From Potamilus streckersoni (Eukaryota), in assembly GCA_016746295.1 (NCBI GenBank), contig JAEAOA010000822.1, positions 886,104 to 950,103 of the forward strand: DNA of 64,000 nucleotides, written 5' to 3'. Both the position numbers and the translations under genes were made by a program. Shown piece after piece: positions 51,816-64,000 of the stretch (its first letter is position 1; each line of letters begins with the position of its first letter). Under the pieces are notes generated by a model. That model saw nothing but the letters and a program-made list of their open reading frames with translations. It was not told the origin of the DNA and made no database searches.

Positions 51816-53118
51816 TGTATAGACCTGAATGGTTACATGCTTATAGACCTGAATGGCTACATGCTTACAGACCTGAATGGCTACATGCTTACAGACATGA
51901 ATGGCTACATGCTTACAGACCTGAATGGCTACATGCTTACAGACCTGAATGGCTACATGCTTATAGACCTGAATGGCTTCATGCTTATAGACCTGAATGG
52001 CTTCATGCTTATAGACCTGAATGGCTACATGCTTACAGACCTGAATGGCTACATGCTTACAGACCTGAATGGCTACATGCTTATAGACCTGAATGGCTAC
52101 ATGCTTACAGACCTGAATGGCTACATGCTTACAGACCTGAATGGCTTTATAGACCTGAATGGCTACATGCTTACAGACCTGAATGGCTACATGCTTACAG
52201 ACCTGAATGGCTACATGCTTACAGACATGAATGGCTACATGCTTACAGACCTGAATGGCTTTATAGACCTGAATGGCTACATGCTTATAGACCTGAATGG
52301 CTACATGCTTATAGACCTGAATGGCTACATGCTTACAGACCTGAATGGCTACATGCTTACAGACCTGAATGGCTACATGCTTACAGACCTGAATGGCTTT
52401 ATAGACCTGAATGGCTATATGCTTACAGACCTGAATGGCTACATGCTTACAGACCTGAATGGCTACATGCTTACAGACCTGAATGGCTACATGCTTATAG
52501 ACCTGAATGGCTACATGCTTATAGACCTGAATGGCTACATGCTTACAGACCTGAATAGCTACATGCTTACAGACCTGAATGGCTACATGCTTACAGACCT
52601 GAATGGCTTTATAGACCTGAATGGCTACATGCTTACAGACCTGAATGGCTACATGCCTATAGACCTGAATGGCTACATGTTTATAGACCTGAATGGCTAC
52701 ATGCTTACAGACCTGAATGGCTACATGCTTATAGACCTGAATGGCTACATGCTTACAGACCTGAATGGCTACATGCTTACAGACCTGAATGGCTACATGC
52801 TTATAGACCTGAATGGCTTCATGCTTACAGACCTGAATGGCTACATGCTTATAGACCTGAATGGCTATATGCTTATAGACCTGAATGGCTATATGCTTAC
52901 AGACCTGAATGGCTACATGCTTTTAGACCTGAATGGCTACATGCTTACAGACTTGAATGGCTACATGCTTTTAGACCTGAATGGCTACATGCTTATAGAC
53001 CTGAATGGCTACATGCTTACAGACCTGAATGGCTATATGCTTACAGACCTGAATGGCTACATGCTTATAGACCTAAATGGCTACATGCTTATAGACCTGA
53101 ATGGCTACATGCTTTTTA
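51816..53118. repeat. 24-bp tandem satellite of about 55 copies (acagacctgaatggctacatgctt), with occasional 18-bp variants (atagacctgaatggcttt)
   Basis: ORFs 51803..52558 (YRPEWLHA periodic) and 51837..53123 (MLTDLNGY periodic) are artefacts of the 24-bp, 8-codon period. Confidence 0.95.
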
Positions 53119-54989
53119 AATAATGTTGACAATACAGGTAGGATTGATATTGGTCTGCAATTACCTTGATCCTACTTTTCTCCTTTCTTAAAGATAGGTG
53201 TAATGAGTTTCTGGAAAATTACCACTCATTATATTTAAGTTTATGCATTAATGACTTTGTTATTTCTGATGAAGAAATTTTAAGAATTCATGAACCAATA
53301 TCAAAAGCTTCAGTTTCACTAACATTAGCTATTGAAAAATAATTTTCATCAGGAATTTTAACTTTTATAAATGACAGAAGAACATCAAGTTCAACTGGTA
53401 TGTTAGTCTGGTTCTGAACACTGTTACTGGAGATGCTTATGAAGAAATTGTCGAACATATCCACAGTTTCTTGTATAGATATTGCTATATCCTCATTTTG
53501 CCTAAGTCAAGGGTGAAAACAACTGTTCTTAGGTGGGTTCAGTTCTTTTAGATGCTTCCATAATGACTTGGTACTCTTACTTTCATCAATAGCCTGTTTA
53601 CAATAGTTTTCTTTTGCCTTGTCTATCACGTGCTTAGCTTTATTCCTCCACTTTCTATAGCTTTTCATGTCTTTTTTTCTTGTGGAAATTATCTCTTAGA
53701 TGCCTAGCATCATGAGCTCATAGGTAATCCACTTGGGTGTAATTTGGTGTTTAACCCTTTTTGTTTTAATTGTCTAAGGCTGCAATGAACATACCATTTG
53801 ACTAAGGTAGTATAGACATTAGCTATACTGCAGACTTATTGGAAAGGTTTGCAAACTAAATCATTTAAGAACATTTCCTCATTGAACTGTTTAAAGTCCC
53901 TGTATTGTATTTCAATGTGTTGACCATATTTTATGTCTAGTTATATAATATGCTGTGCCTACACAACTTAGTGCCATAAATAAACACAAAAATATGCACA
54001 TTTTCGATATAAATTTTACCTCATCTCTCTTTTCTATGGCCACAAAACTGGTAAATTGGGTCACAATGGAGTACTCCCTGCTCAGCTCTATAATCATGTT
54101 CTTTGTTGTTGCCTTCATAATCTGAAAAGAAAACAACCTTCTGCATTACAAAATTCTGCAATTCTTTTTATCAACTTCCAACTTAAATATTTCATTTTTT
54201 TCAAAACTACATGATTTACAATCTCTAACAGAGAATCTATTTTTTTCCAAATAAAACCTAATGCATTAATAACTGTAAATTCAAATTCCTACAAAACTAA
54301 ATTAGCTTTTACAAAACATATCATCTCACTGCAAATCAAAAAGTCTACATCCAGTAACATAATGCAGAAAAATTTGAAAAATTTACATCCTGACATGAAA
54401 ATCTAATCAGGTCATCTACAAACATGTTTACCATGTCATGATGTGATGTTTGCTTATGCTTACAAGGTTTCCAGCTATGAAGTTTAAAATTGTGTATAAA
54501 AAACATAATATTATAATATATTATTATATAATATAATATAATATAAAATATTACTTTATTGTCCTGCAAATCAAACCAGGTCATCTACACATGCAGGCAT
54601 GAGATTGGAGTATTTATACCATAAATCTGAAAACTTGGAGGAAGCTGCTGGGATCTTCTTCCAGCAAAGATCTGAGAAGGCTGAACTGCTACCCCAACCC
54701 CCACACACTGGAAGGGATGTGGGTTGAACACACCCAATATATTTCTCAATATAAACTATCTAACCTAACTCTCCTAGAAGTATCAACTTTGAATTTTCTG
54801 AACAAGAGTCCATTAAAGAGACATGCTACTGGCTGAAAAGAATTTCCAGGAATGCAAGGACAACTAATTCATGGTATTCTTGTGTGATAACTTAATTTTC
54901 AAACTGGCCACATGGTGACCGTACTGGCTGTTCTCGTCACTATAATAATTAAAAAGCAATTAGCAATCACGATCATGGTGAAAATCCAC

Positions 54990-55330
54990 GTCAATATGGT
55001 CATCCATTTAGAAGGAGTAGTACTAACAAGATTTTCAACATGATCAAGATGGAAGCTGTATCAGATGCAGAATTTAAACCATTTTTATTTAGGACCAACT
55101 TGACATCACAAGATTTAACTTTTCATTTAACAATAACAAAATTTAATTGATGCCTACCATACTGGATTTATTTGATGTCATGACAGCACCATTTTCATTT
55201 AGGGCAGACAGTATCAGAAGTCTTTTGGTGAAAACACTATTTTGACATGACTATCCATTCACAAGCTGTTGTAACAAGATTTTCAAGACAGACATCACTG
55301 GGGTCATAAGAAATGTCAAAATAACACCAT
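54990..55330. repeat. About 3 degenerate roughly 115-bp modules (..aacaagattttcaa.atga.caagatgg..caccattttcatttaggaccaac..); second cluster at 58890-59230
   Basis: Shared motifs caccattttcatttaggacc (55075, 55195, 55325, 58905, 59175) and aagattttcaagatgg (55040, 55270, 59140). ggccatattgga occurs at 55465 and 59030. Confidence 0.5.
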
Positions 55331-56437
55331 TTTCATTTAGGACTACCATGACATTAATCTTAATTTAAATTTATTTAAATTAAATTTCACTTTATCTAGT
55401 GAACACTTTATGTTAACATGAATTTCTGCTCAGAAGAACTAACAATAATATTTAACATGGCTGTCATACTGGCCATATTGGAAAGAAGAGCTCTTCCAGT
55501 CTATGACCAATAAAGCTACAAACTTTATTTCTTGTTCCATCTATACATCTAATGCCTATGTTGTTATTTCTGACATTTTCGTTTTCTTTCCCCTTTCAAA
55601 CCATGCTCTTTGCTGCCATATTATTACTATAACGAAAATGAATGCTGGCACATACTGGGTCTTCATTTGGCTGTGATATTAAGCCAATTACTCGCTGCAT
55701 TTTCCACATGACAGCTACACACATTAATGCCTACCTGTCAACTTTCACACCAGGAGAAAAAATTCCAATTTTAAGAGTCATTCCATGCTTACCTCCTGAT
55801 ATCATAAAATCTCCCAAAATTTTCCAGAGAACTTCCAATTATTATATTATGTTTGTTTAATTTTTTCTAAAAAGATACTACATAAATAGACATATACAAT
55901 TCATGAAAGCCATGTTCTAGTTTATCACACTATAAAGAATCTTTTTTCTTCAGGAAATAGAATGTTAAGTTGAAACATTATTCACATCAATTTATGAAGT
56001 TCTTTTTTACCCCTACATCAATACTAGAATAAAAAAAAATATGAAAAGAGGGCATTCTCTTTAAATGGTCTGAAAAGCTGACAGGTAAACTGATGTAATA
56101 TGATGTAACAGGATGAATTTTCACAGTGAACTGATGCAAATCTAAGATACCCTCTAGATTAGAATAAATAAAAATGAAAAATCCCCCCCAATAAAGGTCT
56201 TATAACTCTATATAAATATAAATATGCAAGTAAACATTTATTTACCTATGCTTAATAGTTTTTGTGCCATCTTGCTAGCATGCTTCTCATCAATGATAAA
56301 TGAAAGTATCAATGAATGAATGGATGTACAAACAGCAATAAACAAATCAAAAGGACACTGCTGCAAATATTAGAGACAAAACAAATCTTTCAAATTTAGT
56401 CAAAGATAATAAAAGTCATTGATAGTGGTATCTGTCC

Positions 56438-56716
56438 TCAAATCCACAATCGTAGGAAAATTTTGTCCAAAAATTGCAGAAAATACAATTTTCCATGGCA
56501 GCATGTTACAGTTAGCTTAGAATATTCCAACAGTATATTTTGGATTTTACTTTCACAAATTCTGACATATGACCAATCAGGAATCTTATACTGTGGCCAA
56601 ATAAAACCTACTTCCTGATCAGCCCTATCAAGGGACAGAAGTCCATCCTCCCAGTCTCTGATGATAGCTCTAGCGGTCAGTCTATGCAGAATCTGAAAAC
56701 AGAGTAAAAATGGAGA
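56438..56716 (-). CDS. Candidate 3'-terminal exon (..ILHRLTARAIIRDWEDGLLSLDRADQEVGFIWPQYKIPDWSYVRICESKIQNILLEYSKLTVTCCHGKLYFLQFLDKIFLRLWI*); product unknown
   Basis: A non-repetitive 92-aa open frame preceded by the minus-strand acceptor ctctgttttcag|ATTCTGC at about 56716. A minus-strand AATAAA lies about 200 nt downstream at about 56240. Frames this long are uncommon in this AT-rich DNA. No homology recognised. Confidence 0.2.
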   Translation of the reverse strand, partial: SPFLLCFQILHRLTARAIIRDWEDGLLSLDRADQEVGFIWPQYKIPDWSYVRICESKIQNILLEYSKLTVTCCHGKLYFLQFLDKIFLRLWI

Positions 56717-58889
56717 TATAAAGTGAAATATGTCTAGATAAAACATTGTACCTCATCACAGTAGTGGCTATATGGTGTCAACAAAAGTTGCAAAAATCTA
56801 AAAGTGAGGAACTGTACAAAATTTGAAGATAACTTTCAAGCCTAATGAAATAAATGATAATGCAAAGTACAACAAGATAAAATATCAAATGTAAAATTGT
56901 TTAAATTCTGTAAAAGATAAAAGTAACATATGTAAAATCTATATATAGTGGTAAATAAATTTATTTTTGTGGGTAACAATTTTCTGGATTTTGTTGATAT
57001 TGTCATGGTACATTCACTTATGTGAAGGGACATTCTTTAGGGCCTTGAAATTCACTGTCTGTAATAACTTTTAACTCTGCTAAAACTTGTTCCCAAGGAA
57101 AATTTCAGCCATTACTCCAACAGAGGACCTTGATTTGATTGACTTACAAAAAGAGTATCATAAATAATACAGTAAACCATTTTCCATTTTTCAGTTCATG
57201 TGATCTTGACCAATTGACAAATATTATTGGTGCCTGTCTTTTGTCTCAAATAAAAACTATCTACAAGGTTTGGACATAATTTTTGGCATAGAACTTATTT
57301 GGTAAACAATAGACATATCATTTGTCTCAAATGTATACCAACTGCAGAGTTCTGTTAATGCATGTGGTGCAGAACTTAAGCAGTTTTGTGAAAAATGTGA
57401 CCTGTGACCTTAACCCGACCTTTGGACCCTAAAATGAGTACATGTCTTCCTTGTCTCAAATGCAGGCCAGTCACAAAACCTGGTCAGGGATTGTGATTAA
57501 GAACTCATGATACAGATGCCAATTTGTTTCATTCACTTACTGAGATCTTGACAGCTGACATTTTCAATCATAAAATTAACATATGTCTTTCTTTTATCTA
57601 AAATGCAGGCTGTGTATACAGTTTTGACAAGTAATGTGGTATACAAGTCAAGTTATTCTTCAGAAACAGTTTGGGAATTTTTTTGTCAGTTGAATTAAAA
57701 TAAGAATAAATCAATAGTCATATGGGCTGCATAATAAAACACTTTAGACTTTAAGGTGAACATAAAATTATCTCCCCTTATTCCAGCATTCATCATAGAA
57801 AGGAGTTAATATTCAATTAAAAACATTCAACTATGATCTATTACTATGACAGCCAATAAATGATGAAACCTTTAAATGAATAAAAAAATCAGACTATTCC
57901 TTTAGACACTTCATTACTAATACTGAACACCATCCAAGATAAAGAAATCTTTGTTCTCCCTTATCCTACTGTAATATCAGTTTTAACCTCCATCCACAAG
58001 TGTTCAGAATACACAAGTTTTAAATTAAATTTAAAATTTTAAATTATCTACAAAAACGTCATTATTGATTCCATCCATCCAACTCTATGACAGGACCAAA
58101 ACCAAGATGAGCACAAATCAGTATGCATGGACGAACTGTTGTATGGACATGAAATAAAATAACAAGTATAATGAATACATCGATTACCTACAGTACATGT
58201 TACGAGATGATGAATGCATGGAGAGATATGTGCATTAACAACACAAAAAATCATACCAAATATAAAAAACACAAAGTTATTTGTCCATATGCCCATCTTC
58301 AAAATAATTACCATAACAAAAATTAAATCTCATGGCAATCCACTGAAAATTGTAGATCTGTGTTCTTAGCAATCTGTTATATACTACATCAGGCTCAAAG
58401 TAAAAATGAGCTATAACTAAAAAAATTCACCCAAATAGACTGATTTCTTGTGGATCTTCAAATAATAATCATACTATTTTCTTATATTCTTGGTCATCAA
58501 TTAATATCTGTGAGACTAGTTGTACTCATACTTCATTACCTACAAGTCAAGAAAGCAAATAAAAGTGATTTTTTGATCACAGTGCATCTTAAAATGTTTA
58601 CCAAGTTTTATCGCAATCTGTCAAAAAATGCAATGCTGTGATGATGTGGCCAAAAACTAAACTATTGAAAGAGCAGTGATTTTTCAATATGCTCATGATG
58701 TGAAGTACTCGTTTACTTCTGAGAGACAAGATAACCTGTGTAATTTTCCCCAAGGAGAAATATAAACGTGTTCACAGAACATAGATGCCCCACCACAGTG
58801 CCTAAAATCTGACCTAATTGCAAAACCTAACCATGGTGTGATGGACACTATAATGGCACCATTTCCATTTCCTGATGGCAATTGCTGCA

Positions 58890-59230
58890 GCCACATTGGA
58901 AGTCAGATGTGCACCATTTACATTTATGACAAAATAGATATCATAAGAAATCTTTCAGTGAAAACCCCATGTTGATATGACAATTCATTCAGAAAGTAGT
59001 GAAAACAGGATTGTTAAGATGGTCACTCAGGTGGCCATATTGGATTTTGAGCAGCCCCATGTTAATTTCTGCCAAAGTAGAAAGAATAATAAAGCATTTA
59101 GTCAAAATCCACTTGTTAATTTCAACAACATGATTTTCAAGATGGCCACTGTGATATCCATATTACATGTGTGCAAATGACACATTTTCATTTAGGACCA
59201 ACTAGATATATATCATAATGTGTTTTGTGG
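58890..59230. repeat. Second cluster of the roughly 115-bp modules (see 54990-55330)
   Basis: Same motifs as the first cluster. ORF 58977..59180(+) lies inside. Confidence 0.5.
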
Positions 59231-60019
59231 TGAGAACATTTTGATCAAGTGGAGTAGCATCTATCTATACCTTGCCCTCAGTGATGTTTAGGTCAGATGT
59301 TGACACAACAGTTGAAACTTCTTGTCCATCTATCTGTGCCTTCAAGGTAGCCTAAAGAAAAATAAACAAGAAATGGAGCTGTCAGAACAGAGATAATCAT
59401 CTGCATGTTAAATGTAGGTTACACTAACTTATAATTCATATAACATTCCTTTGAATCCATGCTCATATCAAAGTTTTTGAGTTTGTTCAGGTACAGGTGC
59501 TGGGGAAATAGATTTCAACCGAGCAAGATAACTGCATGCTAAATGCAGGACAAGGTAACCTATTTTTCAAATGTTGGATCAGGAGAATCACTGCCTGTGT
59601 CAAAGTGATAATATCTGGGAACAGAATCAATCCTGCATACTAAATTTCCTTGTTACTTAATTTTCACATGGTGTTCTTGGAGGAACTAAGAGTACCATTT
59701 GTCAATAGCTCCATTAACATAACTCATCGAATTTTATTCATCATTCACATCATGTTTTCTTGTAAGAAAAACTTCTCTAAACAAATAAATATTCATCCTT
59801 CTTAACAAATATTATAACTTATTTTACAAAACAGTATGTCCCATCATTGACTATGAAATAAAACATTAGATAACTTCCAAAGTGTTCATCACAAAATTAT
59901 AACATTTTCAACACAATTCTGTCAGTCTCATGCTATGGAATGAAAACTGACACACAGAGACAGACAGCATGACTAGCCTTCTTGGGTACTGAATATGTGA
60001 CACTTTTAATTATGAATTT

Positions 60020-60535
60020 AACACTCTAAAAACCAAGATATTTGACATTTTAACATGCAAGCTTTATGGCACTCTAACAACCAAGTTTTTGACACTCTAA
60101 CAACCAAGATATTTGATACTCAGCCAACCTAGCTATTTGACAATCTAATAACCAAGTTATTTGACAGTCTACCAACTATCTAACACTCTACCATCTAGAC
60201 TGACACTTTAACAATCATGCTACTTCACACTCTAACAACCAAGCAATTTGATACACTACCAACTAAGCTATCTGACACTACTAACTAAGCTGATACTTTA
60301 CTTTAACAACCAAGCTATCTGACACTCTAACAACCAAGCTATTTGACACTCTACCAACTAAGCTATTTGACACTCTACCAACTAAGATGACACTTTAACA
60401 ACCAAACTGTTTTACACTCTAATAATCAAGCTATTTGATCCTCTAATAACCAAACTATTTGACACAAAAACAACCAAGCAATTTGACACTCTACCAAACA
60501 AATCTATCTGACACCCTACCATCAACCAAGCCACC
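60020..60535. repeat. Degenerate 24-bp tandem satellite of about 21 copies (ctaacaaccaagctatttgacact)
   Basis: Visual periodicity. Confidence 0.85.
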
Positions 60536-61354
60536 ACAGCTCTAGTTGTGAACTTCAATTTATATATAAAGTCCAACTCACCAGTGTCTAGGTGTATTAC
60601 TGACATAAAGATGGAATGAAAAAATAAATGGCTAAACCAAAGAAAACCATCCATTATTAAATTAACATTTTCAGAAACACTTATCTTTTACAAAAATAAA
60701 GTCAAATTCTTCATCCTATTCCTGTCATACTGAAAAGCATAAAGCTCTTTTTGGCAATTATTTATGCTTTTGCAAGGACTCAAATTTCTATAATTTTACA
60801 TGAATGGCTTGTTGAGAGTTGCAATGATTTCCTCTATCTCTAAGCCACATCAGTAATATTTTGATTCAATTAATACTGCAAGAACTCAAAAGTTGGAAAA
60901 TTGTGCTTAGAGTACAAATGTCCCATATTGGCATGTGGACAGATTACATGATAACTGATCCCATCAAACATTAAATCAAAAATCCAAATCTAGCATATGT
61001 ATAAAAACTCACCATTGTGCAGTTTGGCACAAATCCGTAGATAACTTGTCTGGATCCACTGAAAATGGCATTGATATGTTTGGGGGCCTGTACTGGGGCA
61101 GCAACATCAGAATCATATTGTTCCCAATGGACATATATGGAAGTCAGTCCGATATGTCCTGCCTTTGATATCTGACTCTTCACCTGTAAATTATACAGTC
61201 AGATATTATTCCAGTATAAATATCAGATAATGAAAGATGTGCAACATCAAACAAATGTTAACACCCCTAAGCCTCACATTTACAGAACTACATGACATGA
61301 TATTAAAAAAATATAAACTGATTAAATGACAGTAATGAATGTTTAATATTGTTA

Positions 61355-61905
61355 GCCCTCATTGTAATGCTGGTTATGACAGCAACAGAGTAATTTCCAT
61401 AGAATGACATACAGTACTCCCATAATGATGTACAGTACTCCCATACTGTAATGCTGGCTATGACAAACCACAGAGTATACTGCCATATAATGATGTACAG
61501 AAACCCCTCATTATGTTGACCATTGCATCAACAGAGCACACTGCCAAATAATGATGCACAGTACTCTCTGACTATTATGCGGACTATGACAGCCCCACAA
61601 AGCACACTGCTAAATAATGATGCACAGTACTCCCCGACTATTATGCGGACTATGACAGCCACAGAGCACACTGCCAAAAAATGATGCACAGTACTCCCAG
61701 ACTATTATGCGGACTATGACAGCCACAGAGCTCACTGCCAAATAATGATGTAAAGTACTCCCCGACTATTATGCGAACTATGACAGCCACTGAGCACACT
61801 GCCAAATAATGATGCACAGTACTCCCCGACTATTATGCGGACTATGACAGCCACAGAACTCCCTCATTATTATCTTGTCCATGGTAGCCACAGTGTATAC
61901 ATTAT
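61355..61905. repeat. Roughly 60-bp tandem satellite of about 9 copies (cagccacagagcacactgccaaataatgatgcacagtactccccgactattatgcggactatga)
   Basis: Visual periodicity with a 60-bp spacing of the agccacagagcacactgcc motif. Confidence 0.9.
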
Positions 61906-62939
61906 TGCAAAAAAGAATCCTTCCACCAAATCACATATGCGAATAACATTTTTGTTTTGTCATCGTATATAGCACACGATTACAAACGTATCAAATCACA
62001 CAAACTTGTAGGGGAAGGTCATTAAACAAATTGAATTAAAGATCATGAGAGAAAAAGTAAAAGTTTGTCACCCAAATTATGACAAAAAGAATTCAGAGGA
62101 ACTGGAAAAAAACAGATTGAGAAAAGAATTAACAGATAGATAAAATGAAATGCTGACAGAGAAAATCAAAATGATAATGCAAACAGTATTCATAGAAAAT
62201 TTTAACAGAGCTGGTTTACTCTTGCTACTTCTTACCTTGCCCTCCCACTTTGATTTGGACTTGGGATCAAAAAATTCAAATGCTCCACCTCCCATTCTGG
62301 CCAAAGCTCGAAGCAAATGTCGATTGGCTGTTGAGCTGATAAAGCAAAATAATGCCTTAAGCAAAACCTCTGCTTACATAATCTAAGCTAGTATAGTTAT
62401 CTTAAAAACCTTATATTATTTGCCTTTGAAAAAGACTCATTAAGAGTCGAAAGCGCTTAGGCTAGTTAGTTACTAGTTTCGTACTGTTCGTCGTCAGTTT
62501 ATTGCATCTATATATATATATATATATCCTCTGCATTTAAAAACCTGGAATGGCAGGCAATACTTTAAGTACTGACATGTTTGTCAACCAAAGGAATATG
62601 CAACAAAATACATTATTTTCTTTATAACATGTTACATAAAAAACACTGTCACTGACATAAAAAAACCAAACCCTCTAATTTTTTGTACACCATATTTTCA
62701 AAGTATGAATTTCGAACAACATACAAACAATTTCTGGACAGAAGTAAAAATTTCAAAGCCATGTCTGAATGTAAACAAAGAAATGTTTTACCTGTTCCTA
62801 ATGAGGACTATACTATGTAATTATCATAAAAGCTTAATGAAGACCTGGATCTTCCATGAATTTATTTCATTTTTCTCATCTTTGTAATATTTCAAGATTA
62901 TTATCAGTGTGTATTAAAGGCACAGGCTCAGGATAAAAA

Positions 62940-63515
62940 TCATTGTGTGCAATACTTGGCAATAGTTTTGGGATCATCATGTATTGTGCTTAGTAAAATA
63001 TCTCAAACTTGGCAATAGTTTTGGGATCATCATGTATTGTGCTTAGTAAAACGTCTCAATACTTGGCAAAAGTTTTGGGATCATCATGTATTGTGCTTAG
63101 TAAATAGTCTCAATATTTGGCAATAGTTTTGGGATCATTATGGATTGTGCTTAGTAAAATATCTCAAACTTGGCAATAGTTTTGGGATCATCATGTATTG
63201 TGCTTAGTAAAATATCTCAAACTTGGCAATAGTTTTGGGATCATCATGTATTGTGCTTAGTAAATAGTCTCAATATTTGGCAATAGTTTTGGGATCATTA
63301 TGGATTGTGCTTAGCAAAATGTCTCAATACTTGGCAATAGTTTTGGGATCAGCTTGTATAGTGCTTAGTAAAAGGTCTCAATACTTGGCAATAGTTTTGG
63401 GATCATCATGTATAGTGCTTAGTAAATAGTCTCAATATTTGGCAATAGTTTTGGGATCATTATGGATTGTGCTTAGTAAAATGTCTCAATATTTGGCAAT
63501 AGTTTTAGTATTAGT
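62940..63515. repeat. Roughly 53-57-bp tandem satellite of about 10 copies (tgcttagtaaaatatctcaaacttggcaatagttttgggatcatcatgtattg), with degenerate related copies to about 63720
   Basis: cttggcaatag starts at 62954, 63007 and 63062. Confidence 0.9.
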
Positions 63516-64000
63516 AATAGTATTAATCAATGTTAAAGACAGTTACTCTCATGTACATGTATTTTTGTCAATAACTGTAAATTCTTATTTTGCAATGACA
63601 TCATGTTATAGTGCTTAGTAAAAGATCTCAAATCAAGATCATGGCATGTAATACTTGTCAATAGGTCTGGAATCAAGATCATGTGTGTAATACTTGGCAA
63701 CAGGTTTTGGATCCAGATTTTGGTAAATTCATCCTAAATACTGTTTATATTGCAAACAATAACATTTGGAAGGTCAAAAACTTTTTCTTCCACATTATAA
63801 TTAGTGTTATCTGCAAACAAAGTCTACAACAAAGTGAGCATAAAAGTGAATAGATATAAATAATGGGATCAAAAAGACCTTCACTTAATATTTAATTTAT
63901 TTGGCTTGACAATGTTTACCAATGTCCAAAGATATTTAATTCTTAAGCTAGTTAATTTTAATACAACAGTTGATGGACCAAACACAACAATCACTATTCT

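Noticed and set aside
51816-53118. Higher-order periodicity of the 18-bp variants in the 24-bp satellite
   Set aside because: The variants sit at about 52141, 52261, 52393 and 52603. Their spacings (120, 132 and 210 bp) are not regular enough to claim a higher-order repeat.

Overview
This is eukaryotic (metazoan-type) repeat-rich DNA, not a prokaryotic locus. It is AT-rich (roughly two-thirds A+T by eye) and strongly CpG-depleted. The only exceptions are a few short CpG-rich patches that coincide with apparently young insertions. I could not support any intact protein-coding gene, rRNA gene, canonical tRNA gene, operon, CRISPR array or defence system. The six-frame ORFs of 60 aa or more are almost all translation artefacts of tandem repeats. 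At least 15 distinct tandem repeat/satellite arrays are present. They range from a 20-bp unit to about 140-bp units. The longest are about 1.9 kb of a 27-bp unit, 1.7 kb of about 72-bp units, 1.3 kb of a 24-bp unit and 1.0 kb of a 20-bp unit. A 45-bp satellite occurs at two loci, and each copy is linked to the same conserved roughly 105-bp non-satellite segment. There are several microsatellites: (AAT)n, (AAC)n, (TG)n and (TA)n. A tRNA-derived SINE family with (TG)n/(CA)n tails has four copies, all on the minus strand. One of them has a clear 13-bp target-site duplication. A second, CpG-rich tRNA-derived SINE carries a perfect 16-bp target-site duplication. A tRNA-half-like tandem array sits at 7058-7463. 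A 1535-bp non-autonomous element at 9448-10982 has 16-bp perfect terminal inverted repeats beginning CAGT and is flanked by a TA duplication (Tc1/mariner-like). Two degraded LINE fragments are present: an L1/Tx1-like endonuclease plus linker region on the plus strand (about 18270-19560) and a CR1/L2/RTE-like reverse-transcriptase tail on the minus strand (50983-51795). Each lies with a satellite array on its 5' side. The most gene-like signal is three diverged paralogous coding-like segments on the minus strand (about 34163, 28514 and 21664). Each starts directly after a good splice-acceptor-like site and encodes an acidic motif of the form [ED][ED]-hydrophobic-[YL]-x-x-hydrophobic-G-x-x-[DE]-[GW] followed by Gly-rich sequence. 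A further candidate exon pair lies at 21395-21664. All gene-level calls are low confidence. Lineage cannot be established from sequence alone. The CpG depletion, tRNA-SINE structure and microsatellite content are compatible with an invertebrate such as a mollusc.
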